A stretch of DNA of 64,000 nucleotides, taken from Mobula hypostoma. Its lineage: Eukaryota. Below, piece after piece: positions 23,301 through 35,832 of the stretch (its first letter is position 1; every line of letters starts with the position of its first letter). The DNA is taken from the NCBI RefSeq assembly GCF_963921235.1, contig NC_086108.1, forward strand, positions 20,212,001-20,276,000, read 5' to 3'. A model generated the notes under the pieces. It was not told where the DNA came from and did not search any database. It was given only the letters and a program-made list of their open reading frames with translations. The position numbers and the translations under genes were made by a program.

Positions 23301-25406
23301 GCTCTATAAGGCACTCGTGAGACCACACCTGGAGTATTGTATGCAGTCTTAGGCTTCTTATTTTAGAAAGGATATACTGACATTGGAGAGGGTTCAGAGA
23401 AGATTCACGAGAATGATTCCAGGAATGAAAGGGTTACTGTATGAGGAACGTCTGGCAGCTCTTGCGCTGTATTCCCTGGAGTTCAGGAGAATGAGGGGGG
23501 ATCTTATAGAAACATTCTGAATGTTAAAAGGCCTGAACAGATTAAATATGGCAAAGTTATTTCCAACGGTAGAGGAGTCTAGGGCAAGAGGGCACAACTT
23601 CAGGATGGAAGGATGTCCATTTAGAACAGAGATGCAGAGAAATTACTTTAGTCAGAGAGTGGTAAATCTCTGGAATTTGTTGCCACGAGTGGCTGTGGAG
23701 GCCAAGTCATTGGGTGCATTTAAGGCAGAGATAGATAGGTTCTTGATTAGCCAGGGCATCAAAGGGTATGGGGAGATTCTTAAATTTATCCAAAAGGGTT
23801 GAATTTTAAAACAAGACCAAGTAGAATGTAGAAAAGTACCAATTTCTTGATTACACCGAAAACATTTATCAGATATATTTGAATTTAATCTATTTATTTT
23901 TTGTGGTGTAATATATAATTGGTGTAAAAAATTATATTGTACTAATCTAAGTCGAACATTTATTGTATTTGTCATACTGTCCAGACAAAGTCTTGACCAA
24001 TTTATTTCATCAATATGAATATTCAGATCTGTTTCCCATTTTTGCTTTGACTTATGGGTTCCTTGTTTAATTGTCTGTTCTTGAATCAAATTATACATAC
24101 AAGAAACAAATTTTTAAATTTTTCCTTTTTGAATTAAAATTTCAATTTCATTAGCTTTTGGCAAAAACATTGTTTGACCCAGCTTACCTATTAAGTAAGC
24201 CCTTAACTGAAAGTAACTATCTGCCAGTTGTCTATTTTTAATAAAACCTGTTTGATCCATATGTATTAATTTTGGTAAATATTTAGATAATCTATTCGAT
24301 AAAATTTTTGCTATTATTTTATAATCCGTATTCAATAAAGAAATAGGCCTGTATGATGTTGGTTTCATAGGATCTCTGTCCTTTTGTGGCAATACTATTA
24401 CAATCGCTGTTGAAAAAGATTCTGGAAGTTTATGTATTTTTTCTGCTTGACGTATTAGTTCCATAAAAAGAGGAAATAATAAATCTTTAAATTTTTTATA
24501 AAATTCAGGTGGAAAACCATCTTCTCCTGGAGATTTATTACTTTGAAGTGATCCTAAAGCTTCTTCAACTTCTTTTAATGTAAAAGGCATATCTAATCCC
24601 CTCTGTTCTTCCAAATTCAATTTTGGAAGAGAAACTTGTGATAAAAACCTTTCTATCTCATTAACATCGTTTTGGGATTCTGATTGATATAATTCAGAAT
24701 AAAAATTTTTAAAGGTAATTTTTAAAATTTTTAAGTAATTTTTAAAATTACTGGAATTCAACTTCCACATAACCCTGTATTATTTCTATTAGGTGATATT
24801 GAAGGGATAAAACCGAAACTTAAATTGAATAAATATCAGAAAGAATTTATAAAAATTGCATTGGCAGTAGCTAAGAAGACTATAGCAGTTACTTGGAAAT
24901 CTGATTCGTATTTAAGTATGGATCGTTGGAATAATGAAATGGCTAGTTCTATTCCACTTGAAAAAATTACTTATAATTTAAGAGATAATTATGTAACATT
25001 CTTGAATATTTGGCGCCCTTATTTACAAAAGATAGGATGTCATATTTAAGTGCTCCGACAAAGAATTTGGTTACTTGGGGAAAGTAACGAATAATTATAC
25101 CAAATTTATTTTGAATCCCATGGAGCGTGTGGAAACCTTCCAATACCCAGGCGGCTCTTCTTTTTTTTTTCTTTTTTTCTTTTAGGTAGGACTATATATG
25201 GGGGGGGGAGGGTTGGGGGGGTAGATTTTATCTTTTCATGTATTCTTTTTGAAAATTTAATAAAAATTATATATAACAAGTAAAAAAAAAAGGGTATGGG
25301 GAGAAGGCAGGGGAGTGGGGATGACTGGATCAGCCCATGGTTAAATGGCGGAGCAGACTCAATGGGCCGAATGGCCTGCTTCTGCTCCAAAATCTTATGG
25401 ACTTAT
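20371..25406 (+). mobile_element. Near-full-length CR1 LINE (CR1-B): ORF1 SGNH/GDSL esterase domain plus disrupted ORF2
   Basis: 20371-20820 encodes CLPGAGVQD...VHIGTNDIG...DHWDLFWG...GLHL. ORFs 21202-23802 give endonuclease and RT. 3' end at 25305-25406. 'gat' occurs at both junctions. Confidence 0.92.
23777..25288 (+). mobile_element. L1-clade LINE fragment with 5' inversion (twin priming)
   Basis: 16-bp TSD aaagggtatggggaga (23761-23776, 25289-25304). 23777-~24716 is inverted ORF2 (KSPGEDG, YRPISLLN, C-x2-C...H...C). ~24745-25049 is the forward ORF2 C-terminus, followed by 3'UTR, AATAAA and poly(A). Confidence 0.93.
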
Positions 25407-28179
25407 GATAGGCAGGAAGGCAGAGGGGATGATGTTGTTCTGTTGGTAAAAAAAGAAATCAAATCTTTAGAAAGGGATGACATAGGGCCAGAAGGTGTTG
25501 AATCATTGTGGAAAGAGCTAATGAACTGCAAGGGTAAAAAGATCCTGATGAGAGTTATGTACAAAGCTACAAACAGTAGTAAGGATGTAGTCTACAAATT
25601 ACAACGGGAGATAGAAAATGCATGCCATAAGGACAACGTTACAATAGTCATGGGGATTTCAATATGCAGGTAGATTGGGAAAATCAGGTTGGTGCTGGAT
25701 CCCAGGAGAGGACTTTCTAGAATGCCTACGAGATGACTTTTTAGAGCAACTCAAGGTTGAGCCCACGAGAGGAACAGCTATTCTGGATTGGGTGTTGTGC
25801 AATGAACCGGAATTGATTGGAGAGCTTAAGCTAAAAGAACCCTTAGGGGCATGGGATCATAATATGATTGAATTTACCCTGAATTTTGAGTAGCAGCAGC
25901 TAACATCAGATGTATCAGTATTACAGTGGAGTAAAGGGATTATAGGGCATGAGAGAGGAGTTGGCCAGAATTGATTGGAAAAGAACATTGTCAGGGATGA
26001 CGACAGAGCAGCAATGGCTGGAATCTCTGAAAGCAATTCTGAAGGCACAGGATATATACACCCCAAAGAGGAAGTAGTATTCTAAAGGAAAGATTACATA
26101 ATCATGGATAACAAGATAAGTCAAAGCCAACATAAAAGCCAAAGAGAGGGCATATAATAGAGCAAAAATTAGTGGGAAGTTAGAAGACTGAGAAGCTTTC
26201 AAATACCAACAGAAGACAACTAAAAAGTCATTAAAGTAAAGATGGAATACAAAAGTAAACTAGCCAATAATATTAAAGAGGATACCAAAAGTTTCTTCAG
26301 ATACATAAATTGTAAAAGAGAGGCAAGAGTGGATATCGGACTGCTGGAAATCGGTGCTGGATAGGTATTAATGGGGGACAAGGAAATGGTAGACAAACTG
26401 AATAAGTATTTTGCATCATCCTTAACTGTGGAAGACACTAACAATATGGTGGAAGTTCCAGTGGTCAGGGGTCATGAAATGTGTGAAGTTACTATAATTA
26501 GAGAGAGATTCCTGGGAAACTGAAAGGTCTGAAGGTAGATAAGTCACCTGGACCAGATGATGTTACATTCCAGGGTTCTGAAACAGGCAGCTGATGAGAT
26601 TGTGGAAGCATTAGTAATGATCTTTCAAGAATCACTAGTTTCTGAAATGGTTCCAGTAGATGGAAAATTGCAAATGTCACTCCACTCTTAAAGAAGGGAA
26701 AGAGGCAGAAGAAAAGAAATTATAGGCCAGTAAGTCTGACCTCAATGGTTGGGAAGATGTTGGATTTGATTGTTAAGGATGTAGTTTTGGGTACTTGGTG
26801 ACACATGATAAAATAAACCATAGTCAACATGGTTTCCTCAAGGGAAAATCTTGTCTGACAAATCTGTTGGAATGCTTTAAAGAAATAACAACAAGCAGGA
26901 TAGACAAAGGAAAATAGGTTGATGTTGTGTATTTGGATTTTCAGAAGGCCTTTGGCAAGGTGCCACACACGAGGCTGCTTAACAAGGTATTACGGGGAAG
27001 ATTCGAGCACGGATAAAACAGTGGCTGACTGGCAGGAGGCAATGAGTGGGAATAAAGGGTGCCTTTTCTAGTTGGCTGCCGGTGACTTGTGGTGTTCCAT
27101 AAGGGTCTTTATTTGGACTGATTCTTTTTACGTTATATGTTAATAATTTGGATGACGGAATTGATGGCTTCGTTGCAAATTTTGCAGATGCTATGAAGAT
27201 AAGTGGAGGGGCAGGTAGCTTTGAGCAAGTAGCGAGGCTACAGAAGGACTTGGACAGATTACAAGAATGGGCAAAGAAGTAGCATATAGAATGCAGTGTC
27301 AGCAAGTGAATAGTCATGCACTTTGGTAGAAGAAATGAAAGTGTTTTTTCAATTTTCTAAATGGCGAGAAAATACGAAAAAAGTGAGGCGCAAAGGGACT
27401 TGGGAGTCCTTGTGTAGGATTTCCTAAAGGTTAATTTGCCTGTTGAGCATACGGTGAGGAAGACAAATGTGATATTTGCATTAATTTCAAGAGGACTAGA
27501 ATATAAAAGCAAGTATGTAATGTTGGGACTTTATAAAACACTGGTGAGGCCTCACTTGGACTTGAGCAGTTTAGGGCCTGTTATCTTAGAAGGGATGTGC
27601 TGAAACTGGACATGATTCAAAGGAGATTCATGAAAATGATTCCAGGTTTGAAAGACCTGTCATATGAAGAGCATTTGACGGCTCTGAGCCTGTATTCATT
27701 CGAATTTAGAAGAATGGGGGTGACCTAATGGTGAAAGGCCTTGATAGAGTAGATATGTGGAGAGGATATTTCCTGTTGTAGGCGAGTCCAAGACCAGAGA
27801 CACAGCCTTAGAATAGAGGGGCATCTAGAAATGCAGAGGAATTTCTTTAGCCAAGAAGTGGTGAATCTGTGGAGTTCGTTGCTGTAGGCAGCTGTGGAGG
27901 CCAAGTCTGTATGTATATTTAAGACAGATGTTGATAGATTCTTGATTGGTCAAGGCATAGAGTGATACGGGGAGAAGACAGGAGATTGGGGCTGAGAAGA
28001 AAAATGGATCAGCCATGATGAAATTGCAGTGCAGACCCTATGGGCCAAATGGTCTAATTTTGCTCCTATGTCTTATGGTCTTCTGAAAAGAAATGTCTAG
28101 TTAAAATCAAGGAATCCCCTAAGTGTTACATGAATACATAATGGATTAAAAGGGTAAGAAAGATTGAGCCCTATCAGAG

Positions 28180-28610
28180 TCCAAAAGGGTATTCTGGTGT
28201 GAGGAGAGCAACAGGCATTTCTATGACTACAAACAAAATTCCAAGTACGTTGAATCATTGGTGCTAGGGCCAAGGATGTCTCAGAGCAGCTGCTGGATAG
28301 TCAGAAGAAGGAAACTGAACATCCAACAGTTTCGGTGCATGTTAAGATCAATAACATATAGGTGCAGAAAGGATGAATGAGGCCTGCAACATGAGTTTAG
28401 AGAGCTAGGTAGTATTTTAAAGATCAGGATCTCAAACGCTATACTGTCTGGATTGCTTCTGCTGCTACAAGCTAGTGAATATCAGAAATTTAAGCGAGGT
28501 AAATGTGTGGCTGAAGGACTGGTGCCTGAGGATGAGCAGTAGGTTCTGAACCACTGTTGGCAAAGGTAGGAGCGTGAAAGATTGTATCTAAACCAGAATG
28601 GGATAATTTA
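28180..28610 (+). mobile_element. Old CR1 ORF1 (esterase) relic
   Basis: Decayed similarity to 20400-20800 (ggtgctagggccaaggatgtctcagagc..., aatgtgtggctgaaggactggtgc). Confidence 0.5.
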
Positions 28611-28697
28611 CAACGTCACCGAGTTCTTAATTGAGCAACTTACAGAACAACATCTCACAATGAAGTCTGGAGTTCATTGAACAGCCTTCACATCATC

Positions 28698-30500
28698 AAC
28701 ATAGAAAACCTACAGCACAATACAGGCCCTTCAGCCCACAATGCTGTGCCGAACATGTACTTACTTTAGAAATTACCTAGGGTTACCCATAGCCCTCTAC
28801 TTTTCTAAGCTGCATGTACCTATCCAGGAGACTCTTAAAAGACCCTATCGTGTCCACCTCCACACTGTTGCTGGCAGCCCATTCCACGCACTCACCACTC
28901 TCTGCGTAAAAAAACTTACCCTTGACATCTCCTCTGTACCTACTTCCAAGCACCTTAAAACTGTGCCCTCTCGCGCTAGCCCTCTCAGCTCTGGGAAAAA
29001 GCCTCTGACTATCCACACGATTAATGCCTCCCAACATCTTATACACCCCTATCAGGTCACCTCTCATCCTCCACCGCTCCAAGGGGAAGAGGTCAAGTTC
29101 ACTCAACCTATTCACATAAGGTATGCTCCCCAATCCAGGCAATGTCCTTGTAAATCTCCTCTGCACCCTTTCTATAGTTTATACATCCTTCCTGTGGTGA
29201 GCACAGTACTCCAAGTGGGGTCTGACCAGGGTCCTATATAGTTGTAACATTACCCCTCGGCTCTTAAACTCAATCCCACGATTGATGAAGGCCAATGCAC
29301 CGTATGCCTTCTTAACCACAGAGTCAACCTGCGCAGCAGCTTTGAGTGTCCTATGAACTCGGACCCCAAGATCCCTCTGAACCTCCACACCGCCAAGAGT
29401 CTTACCATTAAGACTATATTCTGCTATCATATTTGAACTACCAAAATGAACTACCTCACACTTATCTGGGTTGAACTCCATCAGCCACTTCTCAGCCCAG
29501 TTTTGTATCCTATTGATGTCCTGCTGTAATCTCTGACAGCTCTCCACACTATCCATAACACCATCAACCTTTGTGTCATCAGCAAATTTATTAACCCATC
29601 CCTCCATTTCCTCACTCAGGTAATTTATAAACATCACGAAAAGAAGGGGTCCCAGAATAGATCCGAGGCACACCCAACTATATGCAGAATATAATCCGTC
29701 TACAACCACTCTTTGCATTCCGTGAGCAGAGCAATTCTGGATCCACAAAGCAAGATCCCCTTGGATCCCATGCCTCCTTACTTTCTCAATAAGCCTTGCA
29801 TGGGGTACCTTATCAAATGCCTTGCTGAAAATCATATACACTACATCTACTCCTTTACCTTCATCAATGTGTTTAGTCACATCCTCAAAAATAAAATCAG
29901 GCTCGTAAGGCCTTCGACAAAGCCATGCTGACTATTCCTAATCATATTATGCCTCTCCAAATGTCCATAAATTCTGCCTTTCAGGATCTTCTCCATCAAC
30001 TTACCAACCACTGAAATAAGACTCACTGGTCTATAATTTCCTGGGCTATCTCTACTCCCTTTCTTGAATAAGGGAACAACATCTGCAAACCTCCAATCCT
30101 CCGGAACCTCTCCCGTCCCCATTGATGATGCAAAGATCGTTGCCAGAGGCTCAGCAATCTCCTCCCTCACCTCCCACAGTAACCTGGGGTACATCTCATC
30201 CGACCCGGACAATTATCCAACTTGGTGCTTTCCAAAAGCTCATGCACATCCTCTTTCTTAATGTCTATATGCTCAAGCATTTCAATCTGCTGTAAGTTAT
30301 CCCTACAATTGTTAAGATCCTTTTCTGTAGTGAATACTCAAACAAAGTATTCATTAAGTATCTCTGCTATCTCCTCTGGTTCCATACACACTTTTCCACC
30401 GTCACACTTGATTGGTCCTACTCTCTCATGTCTTATCCTCTTGCTCTTCACAAACTTTTAGAATGCCTTTGGGTTTTCCTTAATCCTGCTCACCAAGACA
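28698..30500 (-). mobile_element. CR1 LINE (second subfamily), 5'-truncated
   Basis: ORFs 29877-30212 (PGNYRPVSL, QHGF), 29179-29880 (FSKAFDKVPH, KFADDTK) and 28783-29166. Confidence 0.93.
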
Positions 30501-31389
30501 TGCTACGTGCTACATTCCTGCACTGAAAAGCTCAACTTACTACTCTACCGCATTGTTAAAGAGTACTTTAATGTACATTTTTAATGCATATGTTGTATTT
30601 ATATAATCCTTCATGTTTCATTTACTTGCAGTAGAGGAATGAAAGCCAGAAATTTACCAAACAGTTGAATACCAAGTCCCTCAAGCATATTTATACCACA
30701 TATTCATTTCAAAATGCACAATATCTAAAAGACATTATCCTAAGTACGTTCTATAAACATAAATGAGCTGTACTGCGTTTAGCAAGAAAGTTGCTTGCAA
30801 TGCACAAAATAAGTGAGGTACAATGAAACAATACAATTAAATTATGTATGTAGATTTATTCAGAACTGTCAACTTACAGTACTGAACTGACACTGGATTT
30901 TTTCCACAGTATTTTAAATTCAAATTTAAATGGGTTTGTAACTTTTAAAATATATTTTCAGTAGGATTTGAATATTTCAATAAATTAGCATTGTATCAGG
31001 TTACAATACCCTGAAGCAGCTGATAATGAATTTATGATAATGAATGCCTAATTTTTTGTCAAGATTGTCAAGTATCCCTATGATTGTCATTTAATCTTTC
31101 AAGTGGAATCATGAGCAAGCTAGGAATTTATATGGAAAATCTACTAACTCCCGCCACAACTATCAAAATGCACTATGCACAGACCTGCTTTCTATTGCTG
31201 CAATTTTAGAAAGGTTCAAGTCTCAAGGCTCAGAAATTTGAGCAATTTGTTTCTATTTGAAGCACTCAACAAAATTATAAAGCTCTGTATTTGTTTATTA
31301 AAGCACTGGGATGATGGAAAAAAGCACAAATGCTGGTGGTTTGGATTACACAGTTGTGAGAGGAAAGTAAAGCCTATTTGCTTATGAAT

Positions 31390-32857
31390 TAGACCATAAG
31401 ACAAAGGAGCAGAAGTCGGTCATTCGGCCCATCGAGTCTGCTCCGCCATTTTATCAGCAGATCCATTCTCCCATTTAGTCCCACTCCCCCACCTTTGATG
31501 CCCTGGCTACTCAGATACCTATCAATCTCTGCCTTAAATACACCCAATGACTTGGCCTCCACTGCTGCCCGTGGTAACAAATTCCATAGATTCACCACCC
31601 TCTGACTAAAAAAATTTCTTCGCATTTCTGTTCTGAATGGGCGCCCTTCAATCCTTAAGTCATGTCCTCTCGTACCAGACTTCCCCATCATGGGAAACAA
31701 CTTTGCCACATCCACTCTGTCCACGCCTTTCAACATTCGAAATGTTTCTATGAGGTCTCCCCTCATTCTTCCAAACTCCAAGGAATACAGTCCAAGAGCG
31801 GACAAACGTTCCTCATATGTTAACCCTCTCATTCCTGGAATCATTCTAGTGAATCTTCTCTGTACCCTCTCCAACGTCAGCACATCCTTTCATAAGTAAG
31901 GAGACCAAAACTGCCCACAGTACTCCAAGTGAGGTCTCACCAGCGCCTTATAGAGCCTCAACATCACATCCCTGCTCCTATACTCTATTCCTCTAGAAAT
32001 GAGTGCCAACATTTCATTCGTCTTCTTCACTACTGACTCAGCCTGGAGGTTAATCTTAAGGGTATCCTGTACGAGGACTCCCAAGTCCCGTTGCATCTCA
32101 GAACTTTGAATTCTTTCCCCATTTAAATAATAGTTTGCCCGTTTATTTCTTCTGCCAAAGTGCATAACCATACACTTTCCAACATTGTATTTCATTTGCC
32201 ACTTCTTTGCCCATTCTTCCAATCTATCCAAGTCTCTCTGCAGACTCTCCGTTTCCTCAGCACTACCGGCCCCTCCACCTATCTTCGTATCGTCAACAAA
32301 CTTAGCCACAAAGCCATCTATTCCATAATCCAAATCGTTGATGTACAATGTAAAAAGAAGCAGCCCCAACACGGACCCCTGTGGAACACCACTGGTAACT
32401 GGCAGCCAACCAGAATAGGATCCCTTTATTCCCACTCTCTGTTTCCTGCCAATCAGCCAACGCTCTATCCACGTATGTAACTTTCCCGTAATTCCATGGG
32501 CTCTTATCTTGTTAAGTAGCCTCATGTGTGGCACCTTGTCAAAGGCCTTCTGAAAATCCAAATATACAACATCCACTGCTTCTTCCTTGTCTAACCCACT
32601 GGTAATTTCCTCAAAAAATTGTAATAGGTTGTCAGGCAGGATTTTCCTTTAAGGAATCCATGCTGAGTTCTGCCTATCTTGTCATATGCCTCCAGGTGCT
32701 CTGTAACCTCATCCTTGACAATCGACTCCAACAACTTCCCAACAGTGGATGTCAAGCTAACAGGTCTATAATTTCCTTTTTGCTTCCTTGCCCCCTTCTT
32801 AAATAGCGGAGTGACATTTGCAATCTTCCAGTCCTCCGGAACCATGCCAGAATCTAT
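31390..32857 (-). mobile_element. CR1 LINE 3' part, close relative of 536-2020
   Basis: ORFs 32591-32974, 31890-32576 and 31389-31883 align almost residue for residue with 1010-1918 and 452-787. Confidence 0.95.
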
Positions 32858-33268
32858 TCTGTTGCTTGTGTTATTTTGGTGGTTAAACAAAGGTGGGAAG
32901 TGTAAATGCTCAAGCAGAAGTAGAACAAGAAATAAATTATGTGAAAAATGAAGATTCAGTTTAAGAAATAACAATGCTGAAGTTTAATAATTGTTAGTAT
33001 CACTAATCCAGAGACCAAAAATTAATGAATAATGTCAGTGACATTTTGAAGAGTGAAAATAACTGATATTACTGAACACTGATGAAAAACAGAAACCCCC
33101 TGCCACCAAGTGAAAAAAAAAAGTACTTTGTCCCCAGTATATGCAATGAATCCGCAACATGGCTGCTGGTTAGAGAATTTTGAATGTAGTTGGCTCTGGT
33201 TTCAGACTTGCCAGTCCTAAATAGTTATCCTTTCCTATCAAATTTTTCCTTATATGCTTTGTCTCTGT

Positions 33269-35202
33269 CAGGGGTCCCCAACCTTTTTTGCACTGCGGAC
33301 TGGTTTATTATTGACAATAGTCTTGTCTTGTGGACTGGCCGACCGGGGAGGGGGGGGTTTGGAGGGTCGCTAGCGGACAAGAGTAGCAGTCAAATACGTT
33401 GTGTTTACCCCAAGAAAGACTACCATGACTATGAAGCCTTGCACGGGCACCTGTGTGCGCATGCGTTTACGAGCCGATTTTTTTTCTACAAATTGTTTTT
33501 GGCGATTCTGTTCAGTGAAACTACACTGTACATACATTATTTCTACTTTATATAGGCTGTGTATTTATATCATTTCTGCTTTTACTATATGTTAGTGTTA
33601 TTTTAGGTTTTATGTGTTATTTGGTATGATTTGGTAGGTTATTTTTTGGATCTGGGAAAAAAAATTTTCCCATATAAATTAATGGTAATTGCCTCTTCGC
33701 TTTACGCCATTTTGACACGAAAGGTTTCATAGGAACGCTCTACCTTAGCGGGGGAAATACGGGACAAGGGCGGTCACATATGGGACAAACCAATTTAGAT
33801 TATGAAGACACGCAGTCCTCTTTTATTGTCATTTAGTAATGCATGCAATTAAGAAATGATACAACATTTCCTCCAGTGTGATATCACAAAACACAGGACA
33901 GACCAAGACCGAAAAGAACTAACAAAACCACATAATTATAATATATAGTTACAACAGTGCAACAATACCATAACTTGATGAAGAAGTCCATGAGCACAGT
34001 AAAAGTTCGAAGTCTCTCAAATGTCCCACATCTCACGCAGACAGGAGAAGGAAGAAAAACTCTCCCTGCCATATTCGACCAAGGTCCGACTCTGAGTCAT
34101 CTGAAAACTTCGAGCTCTGATCAGCTCTCCAACACCGAGTACTGAGCGCCATCTCTATCCAAACAATTCGACCTGCATCTCAGTCGCCAACAGCAGGCAA
34201 AGTTGGGGATTTTGAGGCCTTCCCTCTGAAAGATTCCCGACTGCGCAGTAACGACAGCAGCGAACGAGCGTTTCAGAAATTTTTCCAGATATTCTTCTGT
34301 GCTTTCACGTCCATCTCCATCAAATCAGAATTGTCCACGGCCCCTATTTAACGGATACGATATCATTTTTCACCAGAGGGCTGCGCATGCACGGCACGCT
34401 GCTTCTCTCTCCTCCCGCCGAGTATATGAGCCCAATATACGGGATGTTCTGGCTAATACGGGATAGTTGGCAACCCTGGGGAGAGGGTGTTAATCACGAC
34501 CAGAATATGGGTAATAAATCAACTATAAGTCACTTATAAGTGGCTAATACACTCAAATTCGTTTCGAAAAGGGTTTATCTAACAAATTTAATATTAAACA
34601 CACAGCACATATTTTCCTCACATGAATATAGTGATAAGTCAATTATAAGTCACTTATAACTCAATAGCATCATAACATTTTAAGTAACGTTTGGATATTA
34701 AACACAGTGCATATTTTCCTCGTATGAACATATAAAATCATTGCAACACACCAATATCGCTGAATCAGTGGGAGCCCTGGGTTTGTTTCCCTGCAACAAG
34801 ATGGTCCCATCGAGGGGTGATGGGAGACAGCGATACTCGAAGGGGGTTCCTTATGTCCAGCCTATTCCACAATTTAGTTTTCGTTGCATTCACTGGAAAT
34901 GGAAGCAACGTTTTCAGTGGTTTTGTGGCCATCTCAGGATATTTAGCCTTGACTTTGATCCAGAATGCTGGCAGAGATATTATGTCAAACATACTTTTCA
35001 GCCCGCCCTCATTTCCAAGCTCGAGGAGTTGCTTTTCTTCCCGCGCTGACATGAATGACACGTGCGTAATGACCTCGCGTGCGTTCAAGTTCAACAGTGG
35101 GTGTGACAGGGAATGAGGAAAGGTGCAGCTGACTCATATCACCAAATCACATCATTTCCTCGCGGCCCGGTAGCACATGCTTTGCATGGTTGGGGACCAC
35201 TG
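33269..35202 (-). mobile_element. Non-autonomous hAT (Charlie/Buster-type) element, composite
   Basis: TIRs caggggtccccaacc / ggttggggaccactg. Minus ORF 34765-35094 retains the C-terminal dimerisation region (FWIKVKAKYPE...LLPFP...KQTQGSH). Confidence 0.85.
33797..34418 (-). mobile_element. Non-coding retroposon (LINE-dependent non-autonomous element) nested in the hAT
   Basis: Same 3' end (aataaaagaggactg.gtgt.ttcataatctaa on minus) and body as 52055-52703. Splits the host sequence ccaattta|gcccaat. Confidence 0.65.
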
Positions 35203-35207
35203 GTCTA

Positions 35208-35403
35208 TGTTGCGTATGTGGCCTGTTTACACAATAAGTTATTAATAAAATGCTGGAGAAGGGAACTTAAGTTTCATGGTTCTTTACTGGTAGAGTCCAA
35301 ACTGACACACACATACAGAGCCATACGCGCCTAATAGCGCATGAAATGACGTGTTACTAAAACATAAAGTATTCCCTTTTTATAATGTAGGCTATATGGT
35401 ACA
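35208..35403 (-). repeat. 3' LTR of the Gypsy element
   Basis: tgttg...gtaca, a direct repeat of 39294-39490. Preceded on minus by the polypurine tract aaaaggggaggag (35404-35416). Confidence 0.93.
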
Positions 35404-35832
35404 CTCCTCCCCTTTTATCTTAATAGTGTATCAACTTTTTTTTTACTGGGGCACTAAGCTAAACAAATATGTTTACCCATAACATACAAACGCCTACCAT
35501 TTGTTTACAAATTATAACAAAGTAACTTCGTAATATCAAATTATAACAAGCCTTTTTTTTCACTTTTTACTTTTGGTCTAAGACCCATTTATAACTCCAT
35601 TCTCTGGGGAGGTTTTCTCTGCCTCTCCGGGTAACGTCTGTCCTGAAACGTTTGCTTTGGGGAATGAGTCTCCACAGGTACATCAGGTGGGTCATCAGCA
35701 CTAATGACAGGCTTATCTGTAGATGAGGCTGATGTGGTCACATCAAGAGTGTTTGCTTCTATGTCGGGGAGAGTCCGGGCAAAATGTTGTGTTTTTCACC
35801 TGAGCATCCAGGTTTTGGTCCACATGACGTCT

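Larger units (their letters stand above)
19760..28083 (+). mobile_element. Older CR1 LINE (CR1-A), split by a nested CR1
   Basis: ORF1 relic (AVLIGDSVVR...DHWDLFWG...DGLHLN) and ORF2 start to 20370. Resumes at 25407 (gataggcagg...) through a decayed RT to the tail tcttatggtctt. Confidence 0.88.

Noticed and set aside
33261..33268. Apparent 8-bp hAT TSD gtctctgt / gtctatgt (35203-35210)
   Set aside because: The last three bases of the right copy belong to the Gypsy LTR. The pre-insertion flank is gtctaata, only 4/8 matching, so the TSD is not established.
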